A DNA stretch of 64,000 bases from Bilabrum cf. latius (lineage: Eukaryota), in contig OZ237760.1 in NCBI GenBank assembly GCA_965178125.1, positions 620,001-684,000 on the forward strand, in the 5' to 3' direction. Shown here piece by piece: positions 1-12,712 of the stretch (positions are counted from its first letter, which is position 1; the number at the start of each line of letters is the position of its first letter). The notes beneath the pieces are model-generated. The model made no database searches. It was not told the DNA's origin and saw nothing but the letters and a program-made list of their open reading frames with translations. Position numbers and translations under genes: made by a program.

Positions 1-3000
1 CCGCAATTGCACTTCGCACCTATGGCGTGTCGTGTTGGTCTACGGCGGCGCATACTGCGGCCAGTGCACTAATGAGGCTTTCGATCAGGTTCGCCATGTT
101 GTGCTTAGTGCTGCGGCACCCAGATACACCGAGTGCCCTGACTGATCCAGTCGTGCAGCGGATGGCCTTGACGACGATATCGCAGATGACATCAACCTGG
201 AAACGTATCAAGCCTTGATCTTGTTTCTCCTGCGTTGTAGCGCTGCCACCGGAGCTGCTTGCGGCTGATAGTACCTAACAAATGCCGTCCAACTGCACCT
301 GGAGTGTCTTCATCGTGAACAGTAGCTACGAGCATAGCGATTGCTCGAGGTGCTCGTGAACAAGCCGCAGGTCGTGACTGCAACCTTTACCGGTCACTGG
401 TGCATCATCTTCGATCTCAAACTCACTGCCATGCGTGTGGCAATGCTGCCAGCAATCAGATCCGCCACTCGTTGCACCTAGGGCCCCCTCCCCTAGCTAG
501 CTTTCTCTTGCAGTAGCAGCGAGTTTCATGGCGTGGCCGAATTCAATGGCGCTGCATGTTTCAGCGACAGTGCTCAGCCAACCTTGCATCGCACTACCAT
601 CACGATACGGTTCAGATCTGCTCGCTGCGCGAACCATGGACCCAAATGAGCTGGAGCCACTCGCCTGTCCGTGCGACTCTCGGTCGCTAAATGAGATACC
701 AGCTGAGTCAATTTCGGGTGCAAGTATCTCACTTGCCCGCCGTAGCATGCGCACTGCAAGGTCAACCGAGTCGCAACTGGTGTGAAACGAATCGCTCCAA
801 CAGACGCCACGACCCGATGCACCCCCCGTATCGCGGCCGAGTTCGGCTGCACGTCCTTCTCTCAACATCTGCTGGTCTGCAGCTGCAGCTCCCAGCAGCT
901 TCCTCGCATTCCTGACGCAGAGGGTTGCCAACCGGTCTCGAAAGAGCGGCGGGGCCTGCTTGCTTGTAGCTGAAGGGGAATGATGCATGCCTGGAAGTGC
1001 CGGCAGGGGTGCCTCTCTTATTTCAACCGGTGAGTCTGAATACGAGGCCCGGAATGCTCCCTCCTTCTCTATGGACACTGCGTGCGCACCACTCGCACGA
1101 AACAGCTCAAAGATAGCTCCAAGTGGCATGGCAGACAAAGATTCCGCTGGAACCGAATCAAGCTGCCGGCGGAGTTCTGCGGATCGATCCGGCGATGACT
1201 GCGGTGTTTCCACAGCTGATTCCGCACGCTGTAGAATCCACTCGTGGCTGCTGTCCAGGTCGAGCAAGCCTACCAAGCTTAGAGTCACACCACGTGGATG
1301 AGATGCTTGATTGGTGTCGTCTGCGTACTGCTGCTTGGCTGTCTTTCGGTCTGATTTGAGGCTGTCGGGGTCGCTGATTCCGTCGTGGCTGCGTTGCAAG
1401 CTGAACACCCTCACAATCTAGCTGCCAGGCCGCCGAACAACAAAGTAGCTCTTGGATGCGTCGGTGCAAGCTCGGTGCAGAAACGCAGAAACATGGCCAG
1501 GGGTATCAGCACCGCTACCTCCACTGTGGTCCGCTCCTTCCTTGCCAATGCTATGCACCGCAGATCTGCGTGGTATCCCATCCTGTTCACGAGGCACGAT
1601 CGAACATTCGTCTTCGCATGTGCCCGCCGGCTCATCCACTGTCGATTCCACAGATGCGCTGGAGGGCAACGCCAGTGCAGGCAAGCCGTACGATCCACTC
1701 GAGGGCATTGCTTCCACGACTGGCGAGCTCCCGGCAAACTGGAGATCTAGATCAACGCCGACTGATGCAAACCTACCGCTTGGGTGATCGTTTAGCCATG
1801 CATCTAGCTAGCGCATGGCTCCGGCTGCGTTACTGGTGGAAGCCATGTGCCTCGAATCTAGGCTCCCGCGGAGGACCGCCGCGTGCTGCATCGAATGGTA
1901 TGCTAGCTGTGCTCGTCTTACCAACCTGCTTTGATCCCCTGGCACGCTGCCCTTCCGGGTACGCTGCGATGACCCCGTCCTAGTAGGATGCTACCCCGTT
2001 GCGGCGAACAAGCCGTTGTACTCGCCGCTTTTCCAGGCGTCTGCTGGCTGGGCATAGATCGACGATGCTGCGCTGTCATCAGATTCGAATCCGGACGCAG
2101 AATCTAGGTCAATACTGGCTCGTCGTGGGCTGTCAGGTGCAAGCGGCGGCCTAACTGGGTGACAAACGGCTAGACTCGCGGGCTGCACATCCATTGCACT
2201 GACCGATGGAGCCCCTATTGAAACACCTGCGCCAATCTTGCCCCTCGTGTGGTTGACTGCCGCCCCCTTGGCCTTGCCTACAACACCGTCTAGGTCGGTA
2301 GAAGCCGTCTATCCATCAGGCTATCTGGCAACTGGGCCTGTCGCCGGGCCTAAAGAAGCCTGCATGCCACGCTGAGACGCCTCGGTGGAAACTGCAGAGG
2401 CTGTTCCTACCGGTGAGCGGGAAGGCGGAGCATGGCGAGTGGTCGCAACATCAGAACTACCGTAAGCGGAAGAGGCAAGCGGGCCGTCTGATTCAGCACT
2501 CTGACCCCTCGTCTATTCCAGGTTCTGCTCGGCGCTTGAAGGCCGTTTCGTGTCGCTTGGTGGGGTTGCCTGCGCGGCTGCCGCTGACGGTTGCTGCTCA
2601 GTCTCAACCGGTACGCTGACTAGGGCTGGCTCCCGTGCATTGCCCTATGGTTTGACACCGTCACTATCTATGCTATCCGACTACGAAGTGGCGCCTGCCC
2701 CGGTCGGTTTCGATTGCTGGGCCCACGCAGCCCTGGCCAGGCGATCGAGCAAAGAGTGCTGCTCGCCTGCAGCCCCGAGCAGCTATCTCGCAAGCTGGCG
2801 CAAGACAGACGGAGAAGCAAACGAGTACTTGTTAGCAGGTTTATCCGAGATAAGTCTTTGACTACTCTTCAACATCTCTTGGATTGGATCGACGTGTTCC
2901 CGCGGATGCCTTGCTGATGGACCCACGTGGCGCAGCATGTGCCGAATCTCCCCATCATTCGCAACTATCAAGTGAAGCTGCTGCAGCAGCATTGCTTGGC

Positions 3001-3286
3001 TTTCGGTCGATCTGGATTTCGCGGAGCCAAGGACTGAAACCATCAAATCAGCCAGCTGCCGATGGGGAAGGCGGTCAACAAGCAGGGCATCGCCGCCAAG
3101 AGAGTGAACTGCGAGCACTCTTATGCCTGAGACAGGCATGTTCTCTTTCGGTGGTGATCTGTGCCCAGCATTGGTGGCTCCAATCGTGGCTTTATCTAAG
3201 AGCCGACCGGTGGTGGAATGCAGCACAGCCTCTGCGCCTTCTAGACCAGACTCTACCACAGATATGCTGCCTGAGGTTTGAGACAT
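1..3286 (-). CDS. Hypothetical protein, >1,090 aa, 3' end beyond the window edge; 13 in-frame TAG codons
   Basis: ORFs 2783-3286, 1991-2194, 1418-1717, 497-1414 and 20-211 share one frame. Manual reading of the gaps found only TAG (20, 275, 326, 497, 1418, 1808, 1991, 2309, 2321, 2513, 2645, 2681, 2783) and no TAA/TGA. ATG at 3286. No recognisable domain. Confidence 0.7.
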
Positions 3287-3507
3287 ATGGGATCAATCAA
3301 ATATTCCTGGTGTGCTTGTTCTTCTGCATTTAATTCGTCTGGGAGAGAGGCAACACCGATACCGGAATATGACCGGGGCGAAGAAGAGGCCACGTGGCCA
3401 CAAGCAGCAGTGGTTCTTGAGAACGAGCGACTCAAGCCAGGGTCACCAGCGTGGAAAATTTAGAGCGCAGTGTAGTGAATCATAGACAAACGATATGCAA
3501 GACCCGC

Positions 3508-5031
3508 TCAGCCCCTTCCGCGACCTGCCCGCTGCTGCCCACCTTTCGATCCCGGCCTCCGCCCTCCCTGCACCGGTTGACCACCTTGCGCCCTCGACGA
3601 CTAGATCTACGACCTCCCACTACCATGCGATGCACCCTTCGACACACCACCTCTCCCAGCAGCACCTTTGCCCCGCTAGATCCCTGCTGCCTTGCTGGCC
3701 TCTTCTACCGTCCACACGCGCTCCCCCACCGGAAGGCTCCCAGAGTCCAGTGCCCTCGCGAACTCGATCTCGGTGAACTCCAGGGCCCGAGCTGCCTCCA
3801 GATGCATCCTCTGCTGCTTCAGCAGGTCGATAAGCCTCATTTGTCTCTTGAAACCCTCCATCAGATGCGCCCGCTGTCTCTCAAGCACCCTCACCTGCTT
3901 CCTCAATGCATCCACACCCTGGGTCGCGTCGTGCACTGACCGCTTGCGTCGCTCCTGCTCCTGCTTTAATTGCTCCCTGAGAGCCTCACACTCCTCGGTC
4001 TTACGACGAAGACGGGTTTCCAGCAGCTAACGCTCCCGATCGCCTCCCGATGCTGCCTTGCGCTGCTCCCTGGCCGCCTGCTCCATCGACTTGGCCTCGG
4101 TCGTGGCCTGGCCGGCCCGCTATCTAAGTCGATCCGCTTCTTCCATTGCGCGGCGTCGGGCGGCTTCGCTGGTATCCAAGCGCTTTCTCAAAGCATCGGC
4201 GTCCCTCCTGGCCTCCCTCGCCGCACTCGTCACATCCTTGAGCCTCCGGGTTGCTGCCAGGCGGGCGGTCGTTGCCTCCCTAACATCGCCCCTCAAGGCC
4301 TCCGCCTCAGCCTGCAGGAGCCTCACGGCGGTCTCCGGGGGCACGTCTGGGTGCAACTGAAGGGGTGGGCGGGACGGCGCAGCTCTGCCCTGGTCTTCGG
4401 TGTGATGAGTGTAGGCGGACGCTGGCCTGGTGCTGCTCGCCTCTGTGCGCTTGGCACGCTTGGACGAGGTGTACCTGGATGACGCCAACAAGGCTGCCTA
4501 GCGCGATCCGTGTGCGTGATCCCCGGCTCCGCTGGAGTCTGGGTCGTTACCTTCATCAGATCTATCTGACCGTCCAGGTCTGTCTGGAACGCCCTATCCA
4601 CCAACACGCTGCTTCTGGGCCCGAAGTCGTCGCGCGCCGCCAGCTCTAGGCTTCGGTATAGCACTTGCTGGCATTTGTCCGGGCTTGCTTCTGCGTGCTT
4701 GCTCTGATACGGCGCTTTCACGCTACTCTTCGGCTGCATGTCTTCCGGTTGCAGCTGTGCGCCCGAAGGTTGCATGCCCTGAGTTGCTTGCATTGTTCGA
4801 AAGCGTAGATCCACCAACAGCACTCAGAAGCTGTTTAGCATATTCTCGATCATCTGCTGTAAGCTCATCCGCCGAATCGAACAGCGTGGCTTGGCCACTT
4901 GTGGACGGTTTGAATGCAGCATTGCTGGCAGTGCCTGCGTCGCGGTCTAGCTCCTCATTTAACCTACGCAGCTATCGTTCTCGGTCTATAACCGACTGCG
5001 GCATACGCATCACGCTATCATCTTCCTCCAT
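3508..5031 (-). CDS. TEX9: TEX9-like coiled-coil (centriolar/ciliary) protein
   Basis: The C-terminal LMEGFKRQMRLIDLLKQQRMHLEAARALEFTEIEFARAL matches the conserved TEX9 C-terminus. The N-terminal ER*LRRLNEELD resembles the TEX9 N-terminal helix. One frame runs from ATG 5031 to TGA 3508 with 9 TAG and no TAA/TGA. Confidence 0.8.
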
Positions 5032-5341
5032 TCTAACCTGAAGCGTGATTCTGTCGAACTGCAACTTGTGTTGGCGCCGCGCACATATCGATGTTGCGGA
5101 ACTATACGGCTGTGGACTTGTGGACGGCCATGACAAACAAATTGCTTAACAGTACAAGGTGGGCCCAACGCGCCGCTGAAACAAGTCATCATGTCCTGCA
5201 GAACAACCCGGTGATCACTTTCTCGAACACCATGACCGCGCCTAGCACAAGAGCAATCGCCTCGCTGAACGACCAGGTGAGGCCCCCGGCAACCCCTGCC
5301 ACCGACAGGTCGGGCACCACCAGCTTCAATTCGCCGTTCCA

Positions 5342-6298
5342 TCACACTGCAGTATACGCAAAGCACCCAAAAAAGAGCGTATGAGCGTAGAACATGCCCA
5401 GAAGCACCCCCAGCTAGGACTGGAAGCTTTTCCTCTCCTCCTTCGTTTCTGCCACTATGTCCACCGCGGCATCAACACACTCGCAACAGCTACTCAGAAT
5501 CAGCACGAAAGCCGCCCCGCACAACAGAGCGGCAGGTATCTGCGTAAAGGCCAGATACCCGCAGAACCCCACCAGCGTGCTGATCTCAGCCTGCGCCAGT
5601 CCCTTGGAGAACGCTGCCCCCTCCGGCCAGCCCCTCATACTGTTTGTAGACTTTATGGCTACTCTCACTGGCCCAATCGTCGCGTGGCACCTGGAGTCCA
5701 CGCAGTACGCGATCGAGCAGCATGGTGGAGAGGAGTGGAACACGCGGACCGTGACGGTCCCGCTATCCATCGAATGCTCTCTATTGTCGTTCATCACGGT
5801 GAGCACGCAGGCAGAGCCTGCGCCAGGTATCTCAGTAGGGCTTTGGGCATCAACAACTTTCAGACATAGTTGCTTCGTTCCAATAGAACCAGCAGTGCAA
5901 TTGTATTTGCTCGTGACAACCAATAGCCGTTGCGTCTGTGGTGACACACCACCGGTGGGTCTCAAGATTGCTTCGCTGGACTCGGCACATACCGGATACG
6001 TACCGAGAGAGCCCCTCGAGTAGAACAGTGAATTGCGTGCTGTATGCCCAAGGATTGCACGCTGGTCTCCGACAACCACCGCTGCGGTCTACATGGCAAC
6101 CAAGGTAAGACAAACCTTACCGCCAGCCAACAGTCCCCTGTACCACGGAAGCTCGAAATCCATGGAAGCAGAATATAGATTGTTATAATGTACACTTCTC
6201 TGCTTGCGTGGCATCACTCGCGAACGTGATCTTCGTGGTGCAGTGGTGGGCATCAAGTAGCAGCTACACTTCGCTCCGAACGGATCCTCGTCCATCAT
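5342..6298 (-). CDS. Hypothetical membrane protein (~318 aa) with C-terminal hydrophobic helices
   Basis: ORFs 6089-6298 and 5414-6079 are joined in frame by TAG. Reading through TAG 5414 gives LGVLLGMFYAHTLFFGCFAYTAV then TGA 5342. No family recognised and the start is uncertain. Confidence 0.45.
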
Positions 6299-6353
6299 CG
6301 AACAACAAAACGCGCCATTCGTAAAATGAAATGCAACCGTAGCCTGTAACTAC

Positions 6354-7646
6354 TCATTCAGTAGGCTTGTCCCACTGGGTGCGGCCGTCCTCGTGCCCAT
6401 AGTACGTGTCGCCATCACCGTCCTGGTACGCCGTCCACCCAGCGGGCAGGGCATCCTCAGCGGCATCCTCTGGTGCAGGAGCCGGTGCCTCTGCTCCTGC
6501 CTCTGCCACAGGCCTATCCCACTGGGTGCGGCCGTCCTCGTGCCCGTAGTAGGTGTCGCCGTCGCCATCCTGGTAGGCAGACCATCCCGGTGGCAGCTCG
6601 TCTTCGCCGCCACCCCCGGACTCGGAAGCAGCGGGCGATGCGGCAGCTGGCGACGCTGCCTCCTCCTCCTCCTTGACGGCGGCGGCGGCAGCAGCGGGTT
6701 CCGCAGGCGCCGCGCCATCCTCTGCCTCTCCCTCCTCGTCCTCGTCCTCATCGTACACGTTGAGGGCCTTCGCGAACGCCACACGGGAGGCTGCCGTGGA
6801 TCCCATGGAGAGAAGAGTGGGCTATCCCCTCGCCTTGGCCAGCTGCTCCTCTGTGAACTCCCTCTTATTCTTGGTCGCCATTTTGAGGCCCAGCTGCGGA
6901 CCGTCCCACTCCGGCATCTTCTGCCTCACTGTCCTTCCGAGAGCGTGGATGTGCAGAGTGACTCCGGCGATATTTTTCTTATCGTACAGATCCGGCGTGG
7001 AGAACATTTCGAATTCATTCACGCCAAATGCGCGCGCGGCTTTCAAGTAGTTGCTGACGTTTTCCTGCGAGCACGAGCAGAAGCTATTCAGGGCCACCAA
7101 AAGTACGCCAAGGCATTCAAACATGCACAACAACATGGAATGCGCATGTGTTAACAGACGCCCAACTTTGGATGTGGCCTCACCATTTGCTTGAACTTGC
7201 TGGTTTTGCTGAGGCTGATCTTTGGGACACTTTTCGGACGAAGTTTATTGATTAGCCTGCGAGTCTTGATACGGATTAGAGCGTTCTAAATAAACTGTCC
7301 GAAGTGGTAGGGATGGCTTGTTTTCCCTCTGTTGATCAACACGAATCAAACGGCAACATTGACAAAAGATGAAAAACGTAGCTTTACCGTCTGTAGAACG
7401 ATTCAACTCACCTACATAGCATGACACCATCTCGGAGACTATCTTCATACGTTTCCTGCTGGAACTCCTTGCCAGTCACAGCTTCAATCCACTGCTCAAA
7501 AGGATCCACGAAATGGTCGACACTTGGCAAGCATACAGTTTGACTCATTCAGAGCAGCAAATAAGACTTTACCAGCTAGACGAACCCCTTACCTCCTATG
7601 CTTCCCGTTCTGCCTTTGCATCGCGCTGCTGACTTGCTGCTGCCAT
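6354..7646 (-). CDS. Calponin-homology (MP20/transgelin-type) protein with two C-terminal WW domains; 4 exons
   Basis: Spliced reading: MAAASQQRDAKAEREA*E|WIEAVTG...SLRDGVMLCR|LINKLRPKSVPKI...FKQM|ENVSNYL...FSTPDLY. Introns at 7492-7592, 7257-7411 and 7065-7183, all GTRAG..GCAG. Two LPxGWxAYQDGDGDTYYGHEDGRTQWDxP WW repeats. TAG at 7596 and 6822; ends at TGA 6354. Confidence 0.9.
6371..6596 (-). repeat. Internal duplication encoding the two WW domains (6371-6449 and 6518-6596)
   Basis: Two ~79-bp copies 147 bp apart both begin cccactgggtgcggccgtcctcgtgccc and differ mostly at synonymous sites. Confidence 0.85.
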
Positions 7647-7817
7647 GGTTTTTTGAGATACGAATGGATCGGGTCCCGCGGGTGGGCCCATGATGTGGTT
7701 CCGTATTTGCGCGGCGCCTATAACCGAGCACCTCCTTCGGAATTGGCCAGACTGTGCAGACAGCAAGTCTATTGATAGCATCGCCGATATTTTTGCTTAC
7801 TTTCCGCTGATTTTATC

Positions 7818-10800
7818 ATGAGCTCTGGCCCGGGGAACCGCAGCCTCCCATTCTCTGTGTTTTGCATTCGTTTAGAACGAATACTGGAAGTCAAGAAGTC
7901 GGGGTCCCGGTCGATTCAAGATAAACGACGAGCAATCCTGTTCCCCAAAAGTATGATTGAAATGTGGCGGTCTTGGCCTGCTGATGCCGAAGCTGGAACC
8001 GCTCGGTCTGATGATCCCGCCGGAAGCGAACTGGCCCCAGAACGCCAAAGCATAGGTGACATCGCGCCGTATATTCGGCTACTGCTGCCGCAAGAATCAC
8101 ACAGAAACTTTGGTATGAAAGAAAAAAGTCTTGCAGCTGCATTCGCTAATGCGCTCTAGCGAAATAGCCTGCAGAAGACGCTTGAAGATGCAAAAAAGTA
8201 CATTGGCAACTTTGGCGCTGCCGTCGAGAAGTACGTGGACGCCGCTGGAGAGCGCTCGCTGTTTCGTTCGTACCGCCCAGACATTCGTAGTAAGGATATT
8301 CTCGAGGCGTGGAAGAAGCCGCGTCGTCGGGGGGTCCTCACCGTGGCAGAAGTGGACCACATGCTGCATCGGCTGCATGTGGTGAATCGATCGGGCAGCA
8401 ACACAGACAAGTCGGAGAAGCGCTAGGCGATCATGCGAGAGGCGGTCCGGGCTATGGCCCCGTGGGAGCTCAGGTGGTTTGTCAGCATCATCCTTAAATT
8501 CCTACACATTAAGATGGACTATAGAAGCATCCTTCCCGCCCTCCACCCCGACGCTCTCACGGTGTTTCAAAGCAACGCGGACCTTAATGATGTCTGCTAC
8601 AGTGAGACGCTGCGCGACCCCACCCAGAAAGCATTCAGCAGCGTGAAGCCATTCAACATGATCATGCCAATGCTGGCGGAAAGGGTGCACTCCAGGTTGG
8701 CACAGTCTGAGCATGAGACCATGCGCCGGGCATGTCTCTGGTTCACAAAATCATACGATGACCCAGCTGCGGGTGGCATGGCTACCACTGGCGCTGCTGC
8801 CATGATGGACGATTTCGATGGCCTGTTGGGAGACACGGGCGCAGGGCCGATCGAGGAAGATGATGAAGAGGCAGTCCGCACGCGCGATCTTGGCTGGTTG
8901 CAGAGGCGCCACCAGGGTGGTTTCTTTGTTGAGGACAAGCTGGACGGGTTCAGACTGTTGATCCACAAACGGCTGCCACTAGCTGCTGGCGGTGGGGCCT
9001 CCTCAGCTCCGACTGCGTCGTCCTCATCATCCTCTGCTGCTGCTGCAGCTGCTGCCTCTGGACCATCACAGCCTGGTCTGCTTGCTGGGGTTGGTGCCTA
9101 GTCCGAAGTCATGTGCTTTAGTAGGATGCGAATCGTAGAGAGCAAGTTCTGTGCAGTTTTGCAGGACCACGTTCGGCAAAGCGTACGAGCTGGTGATGCC
9201 GTGATCGACGGCGAGCTGCTGGTGGTGGACGCGTCTGGCGTCCCTTTGGACAAGCAGCTGCTGCGGCCGGTCGCAGGCGTAGAAGTGGAGGCAATCAAAT
9301 CGCACAGGGAGGGTCATACCGGTAGCTCCTCATCAACTTCGTCCTCGAGCTCATCCGCAAAGCCGTCGCCATACAGACATGGTGCATCGCTTGCGGCTGG
9401 GACTGGCTTCATGGGCGGCGGTTTTGGCGGCGTGTACGGCGGGTCACAGGGCGAGGAGGAGCCCCTCCTTCCGGCTGGTGCGCCCATCGATCCCATGGAT
9501 GACGACTTTTAGCGACTGCGGGGCCTCGCGTGGAGCAAGCGCGGTCAGTCCGATCCTGAAGGTGCAGCGAGGGCAGGCAAAGCAGGGCGCCTATCTAAGA
9601 GAAAGCAGCCGCGCAAGCACACTACCATGCGCGTAGCGCAAGAATTTGGTCCTGATGGCGACATGGGCGCAAGCATGCTGGCCGAGCGTGGCGACAGTGA
9701 TGATCGTGACGAGGACGCCGATGAGGATGAGGACAAAGACGAGGCCGGTGGGAACAAGGCAGCCGCGGGTGGCAACGGCGACTTCAACTGGGACGCGGCC
9801 GGCCTGCACCTGCAGCACGTGGCGTTCGACGTGCTCTTTGTAGATAAATGGGACGAGGGCAGGATCAAAGCAGAGTGCAAGCCTGGCCTAATTGCCCAGC
9901 TCGAGCTCCTGAGGAAGACCTCGGGGGCGCAGAAGGGCCAGCTGCCCACGGGTGACCTCACTCGACTGCCGCAGTGGCAGCGCAACATCCTCCTGCGAGC
10001 CTTGGTACGGCCCGCCCCGGGGCGTATCCACCTGCACGAATCCACTTGGGTCAGCTCTCACGCACCACGGGAGGTGCTGGACAGCCTGCCAGCCGGCAGC
10101 AGCGACATCGACATCATGGCTAGGCACCTAGGCATGCTGTACACCAAGGCAAGCGAAGCAAAGCTAGAGGGCATCATGCTGAAACGATCCGATGCCACGT
10201 ATGAGCTCGGTGATCGCTCCAGGAAGTGGCAGAAGCTGAAGCCGGAGTACGTGCCTGGCGCCATGGACACACTCGACCTGGCGGTCCTGGGCGCATGCTA
10301 CAGTTCGGGCCGGTCTGCCGGCCGCAGGGGGCTCACTGGACTGACTCACTTCATCGTCGGCTGCAGGGTTGAGTCTCCTGGGGAAAGGATCCGGTTTGCG
10401 CCGTGTGGGAGGGTCGGCACGGGGTACACGTTTGATGAGCTTCGTTAGATCCAGACGAGGCTGACCCGCTGCATGGTGCAGAGGCAGCTGCCGCCCGGTG
10501 CCAGGCGATCCGGAGCTGAAGGCTCTGCAGATCTGCCAAAGGAGCTGTTCGGCGAGTCGCGGTTTACTCCCGACCACCAGCCCGACTTTTACGTGAGGCC
10601 AGAGGCGATCCACAACACCGTGGTGGTGGAGGTAATGGCATCGCAAGTGCGCGAGTCAGACGAGTTCGGTGCCGGCTTCACGCTGCTCTTTCCACGGGTA
10701 GAAGATGTGCGTCGTCCGCAGGTGGGGTCGGCAGAGGTAGATGCAGTGGACGAAGATGGTAGTATGCAGGCCGTCAGCTTGCGAGACCCGAGAGACAAGG

Positions 10801-12584
10801 GGCCCAGCCAGTGCACCCACATAAGCGAGCTCAAGCAGATCATGGTTGACAGGAATGGCCACCTCAGGAACGAGCAAAAGGCAAAGGAGCTGGCCGCGAA
10901 GGGCGATTCGGGCGGGCGCATGCGCGGCATGTACAAATAGGGTTCGGGCAAGAAGCGGAAGATGGCAGTCACGCGCACGAACATGGCCTCGGCGCTGTCG
11001 TTCAGCGTGACCGATGCAAACGTCCCGCTCCTGCAAGCGGCGAGCGGGGCGGGTTCGGGTGATGCAGAATCCAAACCGCTGGCAGGCAATGACATATTCG
11101 TGCAGCTGCAGGGTGGCACATCGGAAGCCGCAAGGCGGAACAACGCTGAGGTCCGCGCGCTCATGGGGCGCCTAGGAGGCACGTTGTTATCGAATGAGAG
11201 AAATGCTCGGTACGTGGTGATCGTCGATTCCAAGGACGCTGGCGCAGCCTCCATTCTTTCGTCCGCGAAGCGGTTGTACTCGAACGCACAAGCCAAAGCA
11301 TCCGCCAAGCGAGTGTCCGCTATGCGGTGGAAAAACCCGAAAAGGCAGGAAGAAGACCTCCGCAAAGCCGACAGGATCGAGGAGGAGGTGTGCAACCGCG
11401 ACTTTGTGCTGCTCGAGTGGCTGCGTGCCTGCGACAGGGCCGGGCACGTTGTGCCGATCCGCTGGGAGCACGTCATTGTGCCCAGCTTCCAAACTCGCCA
11501 GGAGCTGACCAGGATCAGCGACCAGTTCCACGACTACTACGAAGAGGACGCCACGAAGCAATCACTGGAGCGGTCCCTCGCAGAGGTGGAGCGGCAGGTA
11601 CAGGCGCTGGTTCGGGCTGGCGCAAGGGGGAGCTCGGGTGCTTCCGCAGCCAAGAAGCGTCGAATTGACACATCAGCGGGCGCAGGTGCTGATCTGAGCC
11701 AGCTGGCGCTGTTGCACGGCAGCGAGAGGGAGAGGGAGGACGGTCGTGCTGCATCTCGCGAGGAGCGATTCGACGTGGCTCTGCATGGCATGCTTGCGCA
11801 GCTGATGTAGGACGATCTGGATGGCGAGGGCGGTTCGCAGGACGGCGCGAGCCCGTTCGGCGACTTGGGGTTCCTTACGCAGGGTGAAGCTGGCATGTTC
11901 ATGATGTGGGTGCCTACTTCGTGGGCGTTGATCAACCGCCTCGGGGCGGCATCTGGCAGCTCTGCACCTTCGAAAGCTGCGGCCCGTGGTAGGAGCAAGC
12001 GGGCCAAGGGCGAGCATGCAGGGCCACAGACAGCTGCCGCAGTGCCGAGACGCCTCGTTGTATGGTTCGATGGCAGGCAGCGCGGCACAGTCATAGGCGG
12101 TTCCGACATAAAAGCTGTCCCTGGGTCGAGTTCGGGAAGGGCACTTGCGCTGCGGGAGACATACCTCGCGTAGATCGACTGCGCGTGCATGTGGCTGCAG
12201 AGCCGGGGCGCTGCCATTGCCGGCAGTCGGGAGGACGAGGACGTCCTGGTCGAGGTGCACGGAAGTGGCCCTCCTGGTCCTGACTTTGTGGCGCTTCCAG
12301 GGCGGGCTGTGGTAGGCATGGAGTGGGTGGAGGCTTGCAAGAAGCATGGTACTGCAGTGGATCCGAGTCAGTTCCAAATCTGGTCGCCACAGGACAGCCC
12401 TGCTGGAGGCATTGGAGGAGCACCCATGGAAGATGACTTTGGTATGCCCGCTATCGGCCGAGGCGGATCGAAGGGGCAAGCTCCCATGCAGGGCGCTGCT
12501 CGCAACTCTGGTACGCCAGGTGTTGCCGCAGTGCAGAGGCGGGCACGCAAGGGTAAGAAGAGGTTTACCCGCAAGAGGGGCTAA
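7818..12584 (+). CDS. LIG4: DNA ligase IV (NHEJ), ~1,588 aa, intronless, 8 in-frame TAG
   Basis: N-terminal DNA-binding domain (IRLLLPQESHRNFGMKEKSLA), motif I EDKLDGFR, IDGEL, AFDVL, EGIMLK, Y..GDRSRKWQKLKPEY, DTLDLAVLG, RVGTG, LLFPR and BRCT-like C-terminal segments. TAG at 8157, 8424, 9099, 9510, 10446, 10938, 11808, 12171; ends at TAA 12582-12584. Confidence 0.93.
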
Positions 12585-12712
12585 GTATGAATGCCAAGCA
12601 GGGCAGGCCTAGTAAGTTGGCGCCGGAGCACCCGATTCTGATGCAGTTGCTACGAAAGTATCCATTTTTTGTTCACACAACTTCAAACTCTGCAACAGCC
12701 TACTACAGGAGG

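Noticed and set aside
5381-6023. Plus-strand ORFs 5381-5869 and 5457-6023 as the real gene
   Set aside because: They have no recognisable features. The minus frame gives a longer TAG-joined ORF with plausible membrane helices, but this locus remains uncertain.
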